A DNA stretch of 64,000 nucleotides from Candidatus Caldarchaeum sp. (GCA_038885755.1 JAVZZH010000001.1:160001-224000); one strand, 5' to 3'. Shown: positions 27,283 to 36,749, counted from the first letter of the stretch. The notes: generated by a model from the letters alone, not told the origin. Numbers and translations are program-made.

Positions 27283-28068
27283 TCACTTCACCTGTATCAT
27301 CTCTCTAAGTCTGTGAGTCATGTCTACAAACCTCTCCTCATAGCATATGTCTAGCTCCCGCGGTCTTTCGAACTTAGGCTCAACCATGCCGATAACTTTA
27401 CCGGGTCTCTTGCTCATGACGTATATCTTGTCTGACAGGTAGAGAGATTCCCTGAGGTCGTGAGTGACCATGACGACCGTGCATCTTGTCCGGAGCCAGA
27501 GGCTTTGGAGAACGTTCCAGAGCTCTTCACGGGTAAACAGGTCTAGGGCGCCGAACGGCTCGTCGAGCAGGAGTATGGCGGGGTCGTGGATGAGCGCTCT
27601 GCAGAGCGAGACCCTCTGCTGCATCCCGCCAGACAACTCCCAGGGCTTTCTTTCGGCGAAGCCCTCCAGCCCTACGGTCTTGAGTAGGTTGAGGGCTTTC
27701 TCCACGTATTCTTTTCGCCTTTCGCTGAACATGGATTTGTGGGGTTCGACAACCTCGAGAGGAAGCAGTACGTTCTGGAGCACGGTCCTCCATGGAAGCA
27801 GCACGGGGTTTTGGAAAGCCATTCCAACGATCGAAAGCGGCTTCTCGACGAGACGGTTGTTGACGTAAACTTCTCCCTCGGTGGCCTTGATCAAACCCGC
27901 TATGAGCTTCAGCACAGTCGTCTTTCCGCAGCCGCTGGGCCCGACGATGGAGGTGAAGCTGCCCTCCTCCACGCGCAGGCTTACGTTCTCGAGAGCTTTG
28001 ACAGAGACGAAACTCCTAAACCCAGACTTCGAGAAATACTCCAGAGAGACGTTCTTTAACTCTATCAA
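27283..28068 (-). CDS. ABC ATPase, NitT/TauT family
   Basis: GPSGCGKTT, LLPWRTV, LSGGMQQR, LLDEPFGALD, MSKRPG. Confidence 0.95.
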   Translation of the reverse strand: MIELKNVSLEYFSKSGFRSFVSVKALENVSLRVEEGSFTSIVGPSGCGKTTVLKLIAGLIKATEGEVYVNNRLVEKPLSIVGMAFQNPVLLPWRTVLQNVLLPLEVVEPHKSMFSERRKEYVEKALNLLKTVGLEGFAERKPWELSGGMQQRVSLCRALIHDPAILLLDEPFGALDLFTREELWNVLQSLWLRTRCTVVMVTHDLRESLYLSDKIYVMSKRPGKVIGMVEPKFERPRELDICYEERFVDMTHRLREMIQVK

Positions 28069-28094
28069 GCCAGCATCGTAAAAAAGAGTGGTTT

Positions 28095-29141
28095 TTAAAT
28101 GGTTCTCTGTTCCTTGGGCGGCAGGAACCTGTCTGTGAACACTTCGTCCGGCGAGGGCGTTCTAGGCAGGTTGAAGGCCTCCACGACTGATTTGATCGTC
28201 CTCTCCAGCCTAGCCCTGTCGACAGCGCCCAGCCCGTTCCTGCGAACCTCCTCCGTCACTATGTTGTCCCTCAACGCCAGCTTGAGCCTCTCTAGCTCGA
28301 CGTTCAAGTCCACCGTCGGGTCCTTCCGCTTGACAAACTCGGCTCCAACCTCCGGGTTGGCTATCACTTCTTTCAACGCCTTGTTGAAAGCCCTGATAAA
28401 CCCAGCGACGGCCTCGGGGTTGGACTGGATGAAGTCTTTCCGAGCGACGATGGCGTTGCCGTATAGCTCGGCGCCGAAGTCGGAGTACTTGAAAGCCGTT
28501 ATGGTGTTGGGGTCAACTTTGAGGGCTACGAGGTTGAGGTATGCTGAGTAGTAGAAGCCGGTGATGGCGTCAACCTCTCCCTTGACGAGCGACGGCTCCC
28601 TGAGCGCTGGCGACATGCTCACCCACTGCACTTTGGAGGCGTCTATGCCCGTTGCCTTGGCGAACACGGGGAACAGCCTTCTCGGAGCATCTCCTTCGGG
28701 AGCGCCTATCTTCTTCCCTTCAAGGTCCTTGGGGCTTGTTATGCCTTTGTCCTTTAGAGTTATCACCGAGTAGGGCGGGTTGTTGAGAACCATGTAGACA
28801 GCGACAAGCTCCTGCCCCGGGTTTTTGACGTTGAACTCTATCAAAGCGTCTAAGCTGCCGTACCCCATCTGATAAGCCCCTGAAGCAACCTTCGTGATTG
28901 AGTCGGCCGACCCGTATCCCCTGTCCATGATGACCGCCAGCCCCTCCTCGACGAAGTAGCCCTTCTCCAAAGCCACTATGAAAGGCGCCTGAGGCCCTGA
29001 CACAGCCCAGTCAAGGACGAACTTAACGGAGACTATTTTCGGTGCTTGAGTCGGCATTACAACGGGGCTTAAAAAAATTCCGGCAACCAGCCCGACGACT
29101 AGGAAAACGCCGGCCGTGGCCAGAAGCTTTCCAGACACCAT
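28095..29141 (-). CDS. ABC substrate-binding protein, NMT1/THI5 family
   Basis: N-terminal TM anchor; LDW...GPQAPF.VA.EKGYF..EGL, GYGS, I..PKDLEGKKIG, LYGN. Confidence 0.88.
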   Translation of the reverse strand: MVSGKLLATAGVFLVVGLVAGIFLSPVVMPTQAPKIVSVKFVLDWAVSGPQAPFIVALEKGYFVEEGLAVIMDRGYGSADSITKVASGAYQMGYGSLDALIEFNVKNPGQELVAVYMVLNNPPYSVITLKDKGITSPKDLEGKKIGAPEGDAPRRLFPVFAKATGIDASKVQWVSMSPALREPSLVKGEVDAITGFYYSAYLNLVALKVDPNTITAFKYSDFGAELYGNAIVARKDFIQSNPEAVAGFIRAFNKALKEVIANPEVGAEFVKRKDPTVDLNVELERLKLALRDNIVTEEVRRNGLGAVDRARLERTIKSVVEAFNLPRTPSPDEVFTDRFLPPKEQRTI

Positions 29142-29177
29142 ACACCCAAGCATCGTCTTGATGGTTATTAAATATTT

Positions 29178-29531
29178 CTAGAAGCTGACCACGTGGTACC
29201 CCTTACCGGCAGCCTCGGCTACCACTGCAGTCGAGTCGTCTGCGACTACTAGGTTTCTGTCGATTCTCTCATGCAGGTTGTAGGCCTTGAGGTTTCCCGC
29301 GCAGGCGGCCACATACGCCCCGGCCTCGTTCAAGGCTGTGAGATAGTCTTTTACCATCTTGTAGTGAGGGTTCTGCGGGTCGAGTAAATGGACGCCGGGG
29401 CCGATGAACAGCATTCTGACCTCCGCCATCTTCTCCCTAGCCATGTTTCTTGCTATTCGTAAACCCTGCCTAGCCTTCTCAACCTCCTCGGGGCCAGAGA
29501 CAATTATGAACAGAAACTTCAAGCCATTCAT
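29178..29531 (-). CDS. DsrE/F-like protein
   Basis: KFLFIIVSGP...A..GLRIA...FIGPGV...VAAC; 117 aa. Confidence 0.75.
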   Translation of the reverse strand: MNGLKFLFIIVSGPEEVEKARQGLRIARNMAREKMAEVRMLFIGPGVHLLDPQNPHYKMVKDYLTALNEAGAYVAACAGNLKAYNLHERIDRNLVVADDSTAVVAEAAGKGYHVVSF

Positions 29532-29533
29532 TC

Positions 29534-32485
29534 CTATTCCGTCGAGACGTAAACCGCTGGCTTGAGAGGGATGGACTGGGAGGCCTTCACGACCTCAGCG
29601 GGGCTCGACGCATCATCCTCATCGAGCACGACGACGTCTACACGAGTCTCCTGCTTGATTAGCTCGGCCGCCTGAAGACATATGTTTTTCTCAACCCTGA
29701 TAAGCTTGGCCACAGTCTCTTTCTGTTCCCTCAAGCCCAGTAATTTGGAGTATTCTCCGCACAGGTCTTCAACAGCCTTCAGCCTCTCAACAACTCGATT
29801 CATGAGACGCTGGGCCGCCGCAAGCTTATCACGGTGATGCTCTCTGAGCCATGCAAAAGCATCGCCAGCCGAGGATGTCAGCAGGCGTTCAGCTAGGTGA
29901 GCCTTCCATCCAGCGGCCTTGAAGATCTTTATCAGGGCTGGCTTTCCCTTGACCACTTTCAGTATCTCCCTTACGTCGGCCATTAGCTCTCTCAGAATAT
30001 CTTCGTGGACGAGTGAGAAAACACTGTCATCGTCCAATTCTATTTCAGGCCATCGCTGCGCTGACGCAAACCCTTCTCCACGAAGATTGTGCCAAGCCTC
30101 TTCGGCTGCGAAAGGCGCGAACGGCGAGAGGAGTATTGTCCAGACCTTGACGAACTTCTCGCCCGCTTCGTTGATTCTTCCGTTGTTTCTCCTCAGCCAC
30201 CATCTCCATATGTTGAACATGCCGTAGACAACCTCGTTGCAAGCCGTTCTTGTCTTCATCCTCTCCAAGGCGTTCTCGACGTTCTTCAGCACCATGGCAG
30301 TCGAGACGCTGAGCCATTTGTCCGCAGGCCCCTCCCCGGCTTCAAAAGCCTGCTTGAGCCTGTCGACTATCGACAGGAAGTTTTGGATGAACTGTTCAGC
30401 CTCCTCAACGTTCTTTAAACGCCAGTCTGGGTCGTCCAGCTCTTCAGCCCCCAGCAGCAGTGCAAGACGGGTTGCGTCAGCGCCGTGCCTCATGACAGCC
30501 GTCTTCAGGGTTATGAAGTTCCCCCTACTCTTCGACATCTTCTCACCCTCGACCGAGACCATGCCGTTAACGCTGATGCTTCGGGGCCAGTGTCTTCTCT
30601 CGAATATCGCCGTGTGGTGGAAGAGGTAGAAAGTCAGGTGGTTGGGGACCAAGTCTTTGCCTGAAACCCGCAGGTCGACGCCGTACCAGTAATTGAATTC
30701 GTCCCTCATGTTCATCAGCAAGTTGAAGTCGATACCGTTTTTCTCAGCTATCCGAGCCGGGTCTCCCTCCCCCAGAAAGACATAGTCGAGGACCTCGGGC
30801 GTCACTCTAGACGCTACGCCGGGATGCCTGTTGAGTATGCCGCTCACTGTGTACAGAGCCGGGTAGATGGTTGAGTCGCTCAGCGTCTCGATCTTCCACG
30901 ACGGGTCCCATGGAAGCGGAGTCCCCAACCCAGTCTTGCGCGTGCAGGCCCAGTCCTTGAGCCAGTCCACGACGTTCAAGAACCACGTCCTCACAGACTC
31001 GGGGTATATCCCCATCTCGGCGAGATGAGTCTTGACTTTCTCTTTCCATTCATGGTTCGAAAACGTGAGAAACCACTGGTCTTCCACGATCTTGACTATG
31101 CATTCGTCCCCAGACCTGCATACCACCTTTCCAGACAGGTCGTAGAAGAGCTCCCCCCTCCCCTCCGCTATGAGTTTCTGCTGTACTTCCTTCCTCGCCC
31201 GCGAGACTGGAAGACCCCTGTATTCTCCATAGTGCATAACTCCGGTGTGGAATTCTTTCGAGTAAATCTCCCTAGTTGCTTCCTCCAGCCTGTCGTCAAG
31301 CTGGCTAGTTATCTTCATCTTCTCCACGACCTCGACTGCTGGAAATTCTCCGTATCCCTCCACCGACACCACCTTTATGGGCTTGATGCTGTCCAGTAAT
31401 GAAGGACTCAAACCGTACTGCGATAGAGTTTGAGGGTTCTGAGCTAGGTCTCGTAGTGCTGCGTAGTCGTAGGGGGCGTGGGCGGGAACGCTGTAGACCA
31501 CTCCCGTCCCCATCGACGGGTCTACGAACGGGGCTGGTAGTATGACTATCTCCCTGCCTGTTAGAGGAGCTCTAGCCTGCCTCCCTATCAGCTCCCTAGC
31601 CGGCACCGTGTCGACCACTAGAACATCCTGCCACTGCTCCTCGAACTTCTTCAAAGCCTCACGGCTCACCAGGAATCGCGCCCCGTTCTTTTCAAACACT
31701 TGATAGACTGCGTCCGGGTTAACCCAGAGGTTTGTTGCTCCGTACAGCGTCTCAGGCCTCAGCGTTGCAGCGACTAGGTTTACTCCGTCCATGTCGAAAA
31801 ACACTAGAGTGAACTCCTCAGGGTATAATCCCTCACCGCGCAGCCGGTCATGGTCTCCCGTAGCGCTCTGGCATCTTGGACACCAGACGACGGGGTGGCG
31901 GCCTTTGGACACAAGCCCTCTTCTCGACAGAACGCTGTACTGCCAGTTGATGAAGTTGCTGTAGTATGGATGGAGGCTCGTTGTGTAGAATTCTCTCGTC
32001 CAGTCGACGGACCAGCCTATGGCGTCGACCACCTGTCTGTTCTCGGCTGTGTAGTAGGCGCATATGAACTCGGGGTTCTCGAAATACTTGAGAAGGTCTT
32101 CATGAACACCGTCGATCTCGACGAGCATTCTCCTGATGGCTTGGTCTCCTCGCCGGAGCCGCTCGCTAGTCCCAGCCACCGCCTCACCCGTCCAGTGCCA
32201 CGCCCACGGAAAAAGGACGTTGAACCCCTTCATCCGCTTATAACGGGCTATCACATCGCCTCGAGTGAAAGTGAAGCCGTGGCCTAGGTGTAGTGGGCCG
32301 TTTTGGTAGGAGTAGGGGACGCAGATGAAGAATTTAGGCCTAGACTTGTCGGGCTTGGCTTCGAAGAGTCTTGCAGCCTTCCACTCAGCCGACCATCTTG
32401 CTTCGTAAGCTTTCGGTGAAGCGATCTTGGACTTAGCCCCAAGGCTGAAGCCGAGGCTAACTAGCTCTATAGTCTCGTTCGTCAA
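29534..32485 (-). CDS. leuS: Leucyl-tRNA synthetase (archaeal/eukaryal type)
   Basis: PYSYQNGPLHLGH (HIGH), ATLRPET and GTGVVYSVPAHAPYD (CP1 editing domain), SDSTIY, SGKDL, KMSKS. Confidence 0.97.
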   Translation of the reverse strand: MTNETIELVSLGFSLGAKSKIASPKAYEARWSAEWKAARLFEAKPDKSRPKFFICVPYSYQNGPLHLGHGFTFTRGDVIARYKRMKGFNVLFPWAWHWTGEAVAGTSERLRRGDQAIRRMLVEIDGVHEDLLKYFENPEFICAYYTAENRQVVDAIGWSVDWTREFYTTSLHPYYSNFINWQYSVLSRRGLVSKGRHPVVWCPRCQSATGDHDRLRGEGLYPEEFTLVFFDMDGVNLVAATLRPETLYGATNLWVNPDAVYQVFEKNGARFLVSREALKKFEEQWQDVLVVDTVPARELIGRQARAPLTGREIVILPAPFVDPSMGTGVVYSVPAHAPYDYAALRDLAQNPQTLSQYGLSPSLLDSIKPIKVVSVEGYGEFPAVEVVEKMKITSQLDDRLEEATREIYSKEFHTGVMHYGEYRGLPVSRARKEVQQKLIAEGRGELFYDLSGKVVCRSGDECIVKIVEDQWFLTFSNHEWKEKVKTHLAEMGIYPESVRTWFLNVVDWLKDWACTRKTGLGTPLPWDPSWKIETLSDSTIYPALYTVSGILNRHPGVASRVTPEVLDYVFLGEGDPARIAEKNGIDFNLLMNMRDEFNYWYGVDLRVSGKDLVPNHLTFYLFHHTAIFERRHWPRSISVNGMVSVEGEKMSKSRGNFITLKTAVMRHGADATRLALLLGAEELDDPDWRLKNVEEAEQFIQNFLSIVDRLKQAFEAGEGPADKWLSVSTAMVLKNVENALERMKTRTACNEVVYGMFNIWRWWLRRNNGRINEAGEKFVKVWTILLSPFAPFAAEEAWHNLRGEGFASAQRWPEIELDDDSVFSLVHEDILRELMADVREILKVVKGKPALIKIFKAAGWKAHLAERLLTSSAGDAFAWLREHHRDKLAAAQRLMNRVVERLKAVEDLCGEYSKLLGLREQKETVAKLIRVEKNICLQAAELIKQETRVDVVVLDEDDASSPAEVVKASQSIPLKPAVYVSTE

Positions 32486-32515
32486 CCCGTCTCCGAATGT
32501 CTAAAGGTGGTTAAT

Positions 32516-33094
32516 TTATGTTATGAACTGGCCGCCCTCGACGTCCGGCATCTCCCTCTTCAGCCGCTGCGCCGCTATCTCCGAAGCCTCCTTGAGAATA
32601 GCCTCGGCCTCCGGGTCGGAGACGCTGTACCCCGTCACCGTGTCGGAAACCGTTCCCACGCTGACTGAAAGGTCGTCGAGGAGGTCCTGAACACCTCTGA
32701 GGCCGTGGGATATCTCGGGCATCACGCCTCCAACGTCTTTCTGGACAGCCATCACCACGGCCGCTACAGGCCCGATGACCTTCTTAACCTCGTTGTAGTC
32801 TTTCACGGCTTCAAGCCTGAGCACAACTCCTTCGAGGGAGGCTTGGCTTCTCAAGGTTGCGTGCATCATCTTCCTCAACTGGGCCAATTCGTTGGCGTAG
32901 ACGGCGGCTCTCTCGTTGTCCTTCTCCATCTTGGCTCGGACTACTTGGTTGAAAATCTCCCTACCTCTCATCTGCATCGAGCGTGCTTTAGAGTCCATCC
33001 GGCTCTGGATCGTCATCAGCCTAGTTATAATCTCGGTCATCTTCTCCTCGAACGGCCGTGCTGGCTGTGGTTTTTTCCGGAAGAATCTCAGCAT
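32516..33094 (-). CDS. ESCRT-III / Snf7 family protein (CdvB paralogue)
   Basis: Helical; RAAVYANELAQLRK, LEGVVLRLE, VMPE, EAEAILKEA. ATG 33094 chosen as start. Confidence 0.85.
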   Translation of the reverse strand: MLRFFRKKPQPARPFEEKMTEIITRLMTIQSRMDSKARSMQMRGREIFNQVVRAKMEKDNERAAVYANELAQLRKMMHATLRSQASLEGVVLRLEAVKDYNEVKKVIGPVAAVVMAVQKDVGGVMPEISHGLRGVQDLLDDLSVSVGTVSDTVTGYSVSDPEAEAILKEASEIAAQRLKREMPDVEGGQFIT

Positions 33095-33203
33095 CTGTCT
33101 CGCCGTTCGCCGGGGCTGATGAGTAAAAAGGTTATCGTGAGCCATTCAGACAGGTGTTGTGTAGGTATTATCCCGGGATGTTGATGAAAAATAAGAAGGA
33201 GGT

Positions 33204-33779
33204 TTAGGTTTTGCTCCTCCACGTCAGGATGTAGCCGAGCCCTCCCAGCAGGACTCCAGCCGCCAGGACGAAGATGAATGCAGCTATCCAGGTTGGGTAG
33301 CCTAACGGTATTCCGTAGAATATGTTGGCGTGCACCTGGCCAGCATTCCATCCCCGTCCGCCGACCTCGACCGGGAGCATGGCAGACCCTCCCAGATAGC
33401 CGCCGACCATCATCATCCAAGTAGCTCCCACGACGCCGACGTTCATCAATATCAGGTGGAGCCATGCTAAGGTGTTTGCAACACCCCTGAAAGGCTTGCC
33501 AAGGACGTTCTCGATGTAATGGTAGAAAAGAGCTGTCACCGCTACACCCATCACTCCGACCACCAGGTATGTCGTGTACCCGACTGTGAACCAGTTGCCG
33601 GCGCTTCCGAAGGCGATGACCCTGCTGAACTCAGGCTTCATGAAACCTAGCTGCCCCACCACCCAGAACAGCGTCAGCCCTGTTGCAAGAGCGCCCTGCA
33701 CGATCGCAGCCACTATAAACCTAGAAGCCCATTTTGAAACTAAAACCTTCTGAGACACGTTACCATTACCTCTATACAT
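33204..33779 (-). CDS. Conserved multi-pass membrane protein of unknown function
   Basis: About four TM helices; LAWLHLILMNVG loosely resembles a heme-copper oxidase subunit I helix. Confidence 0.7.
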   Translation of the reverse strand: MYRGNGNVSQKVLVSKWASRFIVAAIVQGALATGLTLFWVVGQLGFMKPEFSRVIAFGSAGNWFTVGYTTYLVVGVMGVAVTALFYHYIENVLGKPFRGVANTLAWLHLILMNVGVVGATWMMMVGGYLGGSAMLPVEVGGRGWNAGQVHANIFYGIPLGYPTWIAAFIFVLAAGVLLGGLGYILTWRSKT

Positions 33780-33870
33780 ACATATTAAGTTGTTGCATTC
33801 ACTTGTCTACAAGAGCATGACGATGGTCGCCGCTAAGGTATTTATTAGTGCGGTGGCCGTTGTTAGCTGC

Positions 33871-34001
33871 GGGCCCGTAGCTCAGAATGGATAGAGAGGG
33901 TCTCTGCAGTAGATCCCTAGACTACCGGCCTTCTAAGTCGGGGGTCGTGAGCACGGGGCTGGAAAGCCTCTGCCGACAGGGTTCAAGTCCCACCGGGCCC
34001 G
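33871..34001 (+). tRNA. tRNA-Arg(TCT) with two non-canonical introns (24/25: 33897-33922; 51/52: 33950-33979)
   Basis: Spliced product GGGCCCGTAGCTCAGAATGGATAGAG|TACCGGCCTTCTAAGTCGGGGGTCGTG|GGTTCAAGTCCCACCGGGCCCG. The second intron has a perfect GTCG/CGAC central helix with 3-nt bulges. Confidence 0.9.
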
Positions 34002-34309
34002 CGACAATGCTATACATTAGTCGTCCATCTGCTTTTCTTTCTCAGGGTTGTGCTGCATTTCGGACATCTGCTCATGAGTTTTTGCTTTAGCTATAAGTAG
34101 GATTAGAGGACCTGCGGCTGCGTCGTCAGCGGGTCTTCAGAGTCATCCATCCCGCGTGGAAGCCCCTCCAGCTGTTGATGTCCTTCAGGCCCAAGCCTCT
34201 GTGAAAACACAGCACCCGCCCTCCATGGAATAGAGCGGTAGGCGTCATCGTAGCGCTTTGAGGAAGGTTGATATACCATACGCCTGAAGCATCTAGGCAG
34301 GGGTAGCTG

Positions 34310-35845
34310 TTGGAGGTTTCGTTCAAGGCCATATCGCCCAGCGAGTTCTTCTACAAGAACAGGGACATAGCGGGGTTCAGCAGCCCGTCGAGAAGCCTCT
34401 ACATGAGCATAAGAGAGCTGGTGGAGAACTCGCTCGACGCAGCCGAGGCCGGCAGGATACTGCCGGAGATATTCGTGGAGCTGGTGGAGGAGGATGGAGA
34501 GAAGGGGTTTTACAGGCTCAAAGTGGTGGACAACGGCGTCGGAGTGCCCGGTGATAAAATCCCATCAGCCTTCGCAACAGTCCTCTACGGCAGCAAGTAC
34601 GGCTTCAAGCAGTCTAGGGGAACGTTCGGCCTCGGAGGCACGATGGCCATCCTCTACGGCCAGATAACGACCAACAAGCCCGCCAGAGTGGCTTCCAGCA
34701 CCGACGGCAAAACCATGCACGTCTACGAGCTGATGATAGACGTCGTCGAGAACAAGCCCCGAGTAATCTCGTCGGAGAAAAAACAGAGCCCTAACGGCTG
34801 GAGAGGAACCGCTGTCGAGTTCAGCCTCGAGGCCGACTACACCGGCAGCAGAGCCAAGATCCTTGACTACTTCAAACACACGGCGGTCGTCAACCCCCAC
34901 GCAACCCTCACGTTCGTCGACAGCCGAGGCAGGCTCTACCACTATCCACGATCGGTTGAGAAGGCTCCAGAACCCCCGACGGAGACGCTGCCGCACCCGG
35001 TCGGAGTGGACGTTGAATTGATTACACGGCTCATCTCGGAGACAAAATCCAAGACCCTGATCTCTTTCATGACCTCGTCCTTCCAGAAGGTTGGGCCGAC
35101 GACTGCCCGTGAAGTGATACAGGCCGCTGGGCTGAAGCCCGACGAATCACCCAAGAAGCTAAGCCACGACGAGGTCAGCAGACTGGTCAACACCTTGAAA
35201 ACCTACGGCAGGTTCAGAGCTCCCGACCCAACCCCGCTCAGCCCGGTGGGGAAAGAGTTCCTCGAAGCCGGGATCAAGAAGATCTTCAACCCCGACTTCC
35301 TCTACGTCGTCCAGCGTGAACCATCCTCCTACGGAGGTCATCCCTTCATCGTCGAAGCGGCGGTCGCCTACGGAGGCAACATACCCCCCTCCGACACCTT
35401 CCAGCTATACAGGTTCGCCAACAAAATCCCCCTCCTCTACGACGAAAGAGCAGACGTCGCCTGGAAAGTGGCTGAGGAGAAGGTTGACTGGGCGAACTAC
35501 AAGGTCTCACGCCCCGCGCCCCTAGCCCTCTTCACGAGCATCTGCTCCACGAAGATCCCCTACAAAACCGTCGGCAAGGAAGCCATAGCCGACAGGCCTG
35601 AGATTGAGAAAGAGCTGACGATGGCGCTGCGTGAATGCGGGCGGAACCTTAAGCTCTACCTGTCGAGGATCGAGAAGCGGGAAGCTGCAGCCAAAAGGCT
35701 CAGCATGTACACCAAGTATCTTCCGATGATAGTGGAGTTCTCGGCGAAGGCCGCCGGGCTGGAGAAGCCGGACGTCAAGCCGCTTCTGAAGAAGCTCGGC
35801 ATAGCCTCCGAAGACCTTAAGGATGCTAGGAAGAAGTCGGGGTAA
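34310..35845 (+). CDS. top6B: DNA topoisomerase VI subunit B
   Basis: SPSEFFYKN...GF, RELVENSLDA, DNGVG, QSRG.FGLG, RFANKIPL, KIPYKTVGKE. Confidence 0.96.
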   Translation: MEVSFKAISPSEFFYKNRDIAGFSSPSRSLYMSIRELVENSLDAAEAGRILPEIFVELVEEDGEKGFYRLKVVDNGVGVPGDKIPSAFATVLYGSKYGFKQSRGTFGLGGTMAILYGQITTNKPARVASSTDGKTMHVYELMIDVVENKPRVISSEKKQSPNGWRGTAVEFSLEADYTGSRAKILDYFKHTAVVNPHATLTFVDSRGRLYHYPRSVEKAPEPPTETLPHPVGVDVELITRLISETKSKTLISFMTSSFQKVGPTTAREVIQAAGLKPDESPKKLSHDEVSRLVNTLKTYGRFRAPDPTPLSPVGKEFLEAGIKKIFNPDFLYVVQREPSSYGGHPFIVEAAVAYGGNIPPSDTFQLYRFANKIPLLYDERADVAWKVAEEKVDWANYKVSRPAPLALFTSICSTKIPYKTVGKEAIADRPEIEKELTMALRECGRNLKLYLSRIEKREAAAKRLSMYTKYLPMIVEFSAKAAGLEKPDVKPLLKKLGIASEDLKDARKKSG

Positions 35846-35876
35846 AACCTATAAAATCGGCCATACTGTAGGAGGC

Positions 35877-36698
35877 ATGGCAGGCGCGAGGAGAAACCTC
35901 CTTAGAACAATCTTCGGAGCATCCCTGCTAGCCTCTCTGGCTCCTTTCCTCTCATGGGGAGGTTTCCTGCTCAGGCCCGAGGCTAAAGGCGAGAAGCTGA
36001 GACAACGCATCATAAACCTTAAAGACCTACCCGTCAACTCGAAGTATACTTTCCCTTTTCCAGCAACAGGGGACACCATGGTCGACTCGGACCCCTTCCG
36101 GCAGTATATCCTAGTCCACCTACCTTCAGGCGACCTGAGGGCTTTCAGCAAGGTATGCATCCACCTGTGGTGCCTTTACGACTACATACCTGAAAAGAGA
36201 GAGTTCCAGTGCCCATGCCACGGCTCCGTCTACAACCCCGACGTCGGCGTGGCCGTGAGAGGACCGGCCGCCTTCCAGCCGTATCCAACCAACACCCTGC
36301 CCGAGCTCATCCTAGAGGTTGACAGGGATGGAACCGTCTACGCCGTCGGTCTCAAGGGACGGGTCGGGTATGGAAGAGAGTACAAGGCTGAGATGGCTTG
36401 GCTGCAGCAGAGGCAGTCAACCTCCCCCGATACTCCGGTCACGGCTTACGCTCCGTTCAAGGAGGTTCAGACGCCCGAGCAGGCACTTGACATCGTTCAG
36501 CGGAACAACCTCCAGCTCGTCAAGTGGTATGGGTATGCGCAAAAATCTCCACGTGAGAGAGAATGGCTGACAGGCGAAACCGTCAACGACATCTCGGAAG
36601 CAACGGGAATATACGCCGTAGACGTCTCATCCATGCCCGACAGGCTCCTCAAGCTCGCAGAACACCCCCAGATAATCACCCTCATGCCAAGGCAGTAA
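35877..36698 (+). CDS. Tat-exported Rieske [2Fe-2S] protein with extra C-terminal domain
   Basis: ARRNLL twin-arginine motif plus hydrophobic segment; CIHLWC and CPCHGS ligand boxes; GPA..LP; GGAGG directly upstream of the ATG. Confidence 0.88.
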   Translation: MAGARRNLLRTIFGASLLASLAPFLSWGGFLLRPEAKGEKLRQRIINLKDLPVNSKYTFPFPATGDTMVDSDPFRQYILVHLPSGDLRAFSKVCIHLWCLYDYIPEKREFQCPCHGSVYNPDVGVAVRGPAAFQPYPTNTLPELILEVDRDGTVYAVGLKGRVGYGREYKAEMAWLQQRQSTSPDTPVTAYAPFKEVQTPEQALDIVQRNNLQLVKWYGYAQKSPREREWLTGETVNDISEATGIYAVDVSSMPDRLLKLAEHPQIITLMPRQ

Positions 36699-36749
36699 AC
36701 AAGCCCCACAACAAAATAAAATAAACCCCCAAACAACACATATGACGAG

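Noticed and set aside
33110-33160. C/D-box-like CTGATGA motif upstream of the ESCRT-III gene
   Set aside because: Better explained as the minus-strand promoter region of that gene; D boxes are poor.
34090-34270. tRNA D-arm-like fragment (GGAATAGAGCGG) suggesting a split tRNA or guide RNA
   Set aside because: No acceptor stem, anticodon arm or convincing C/D boxes could be built.
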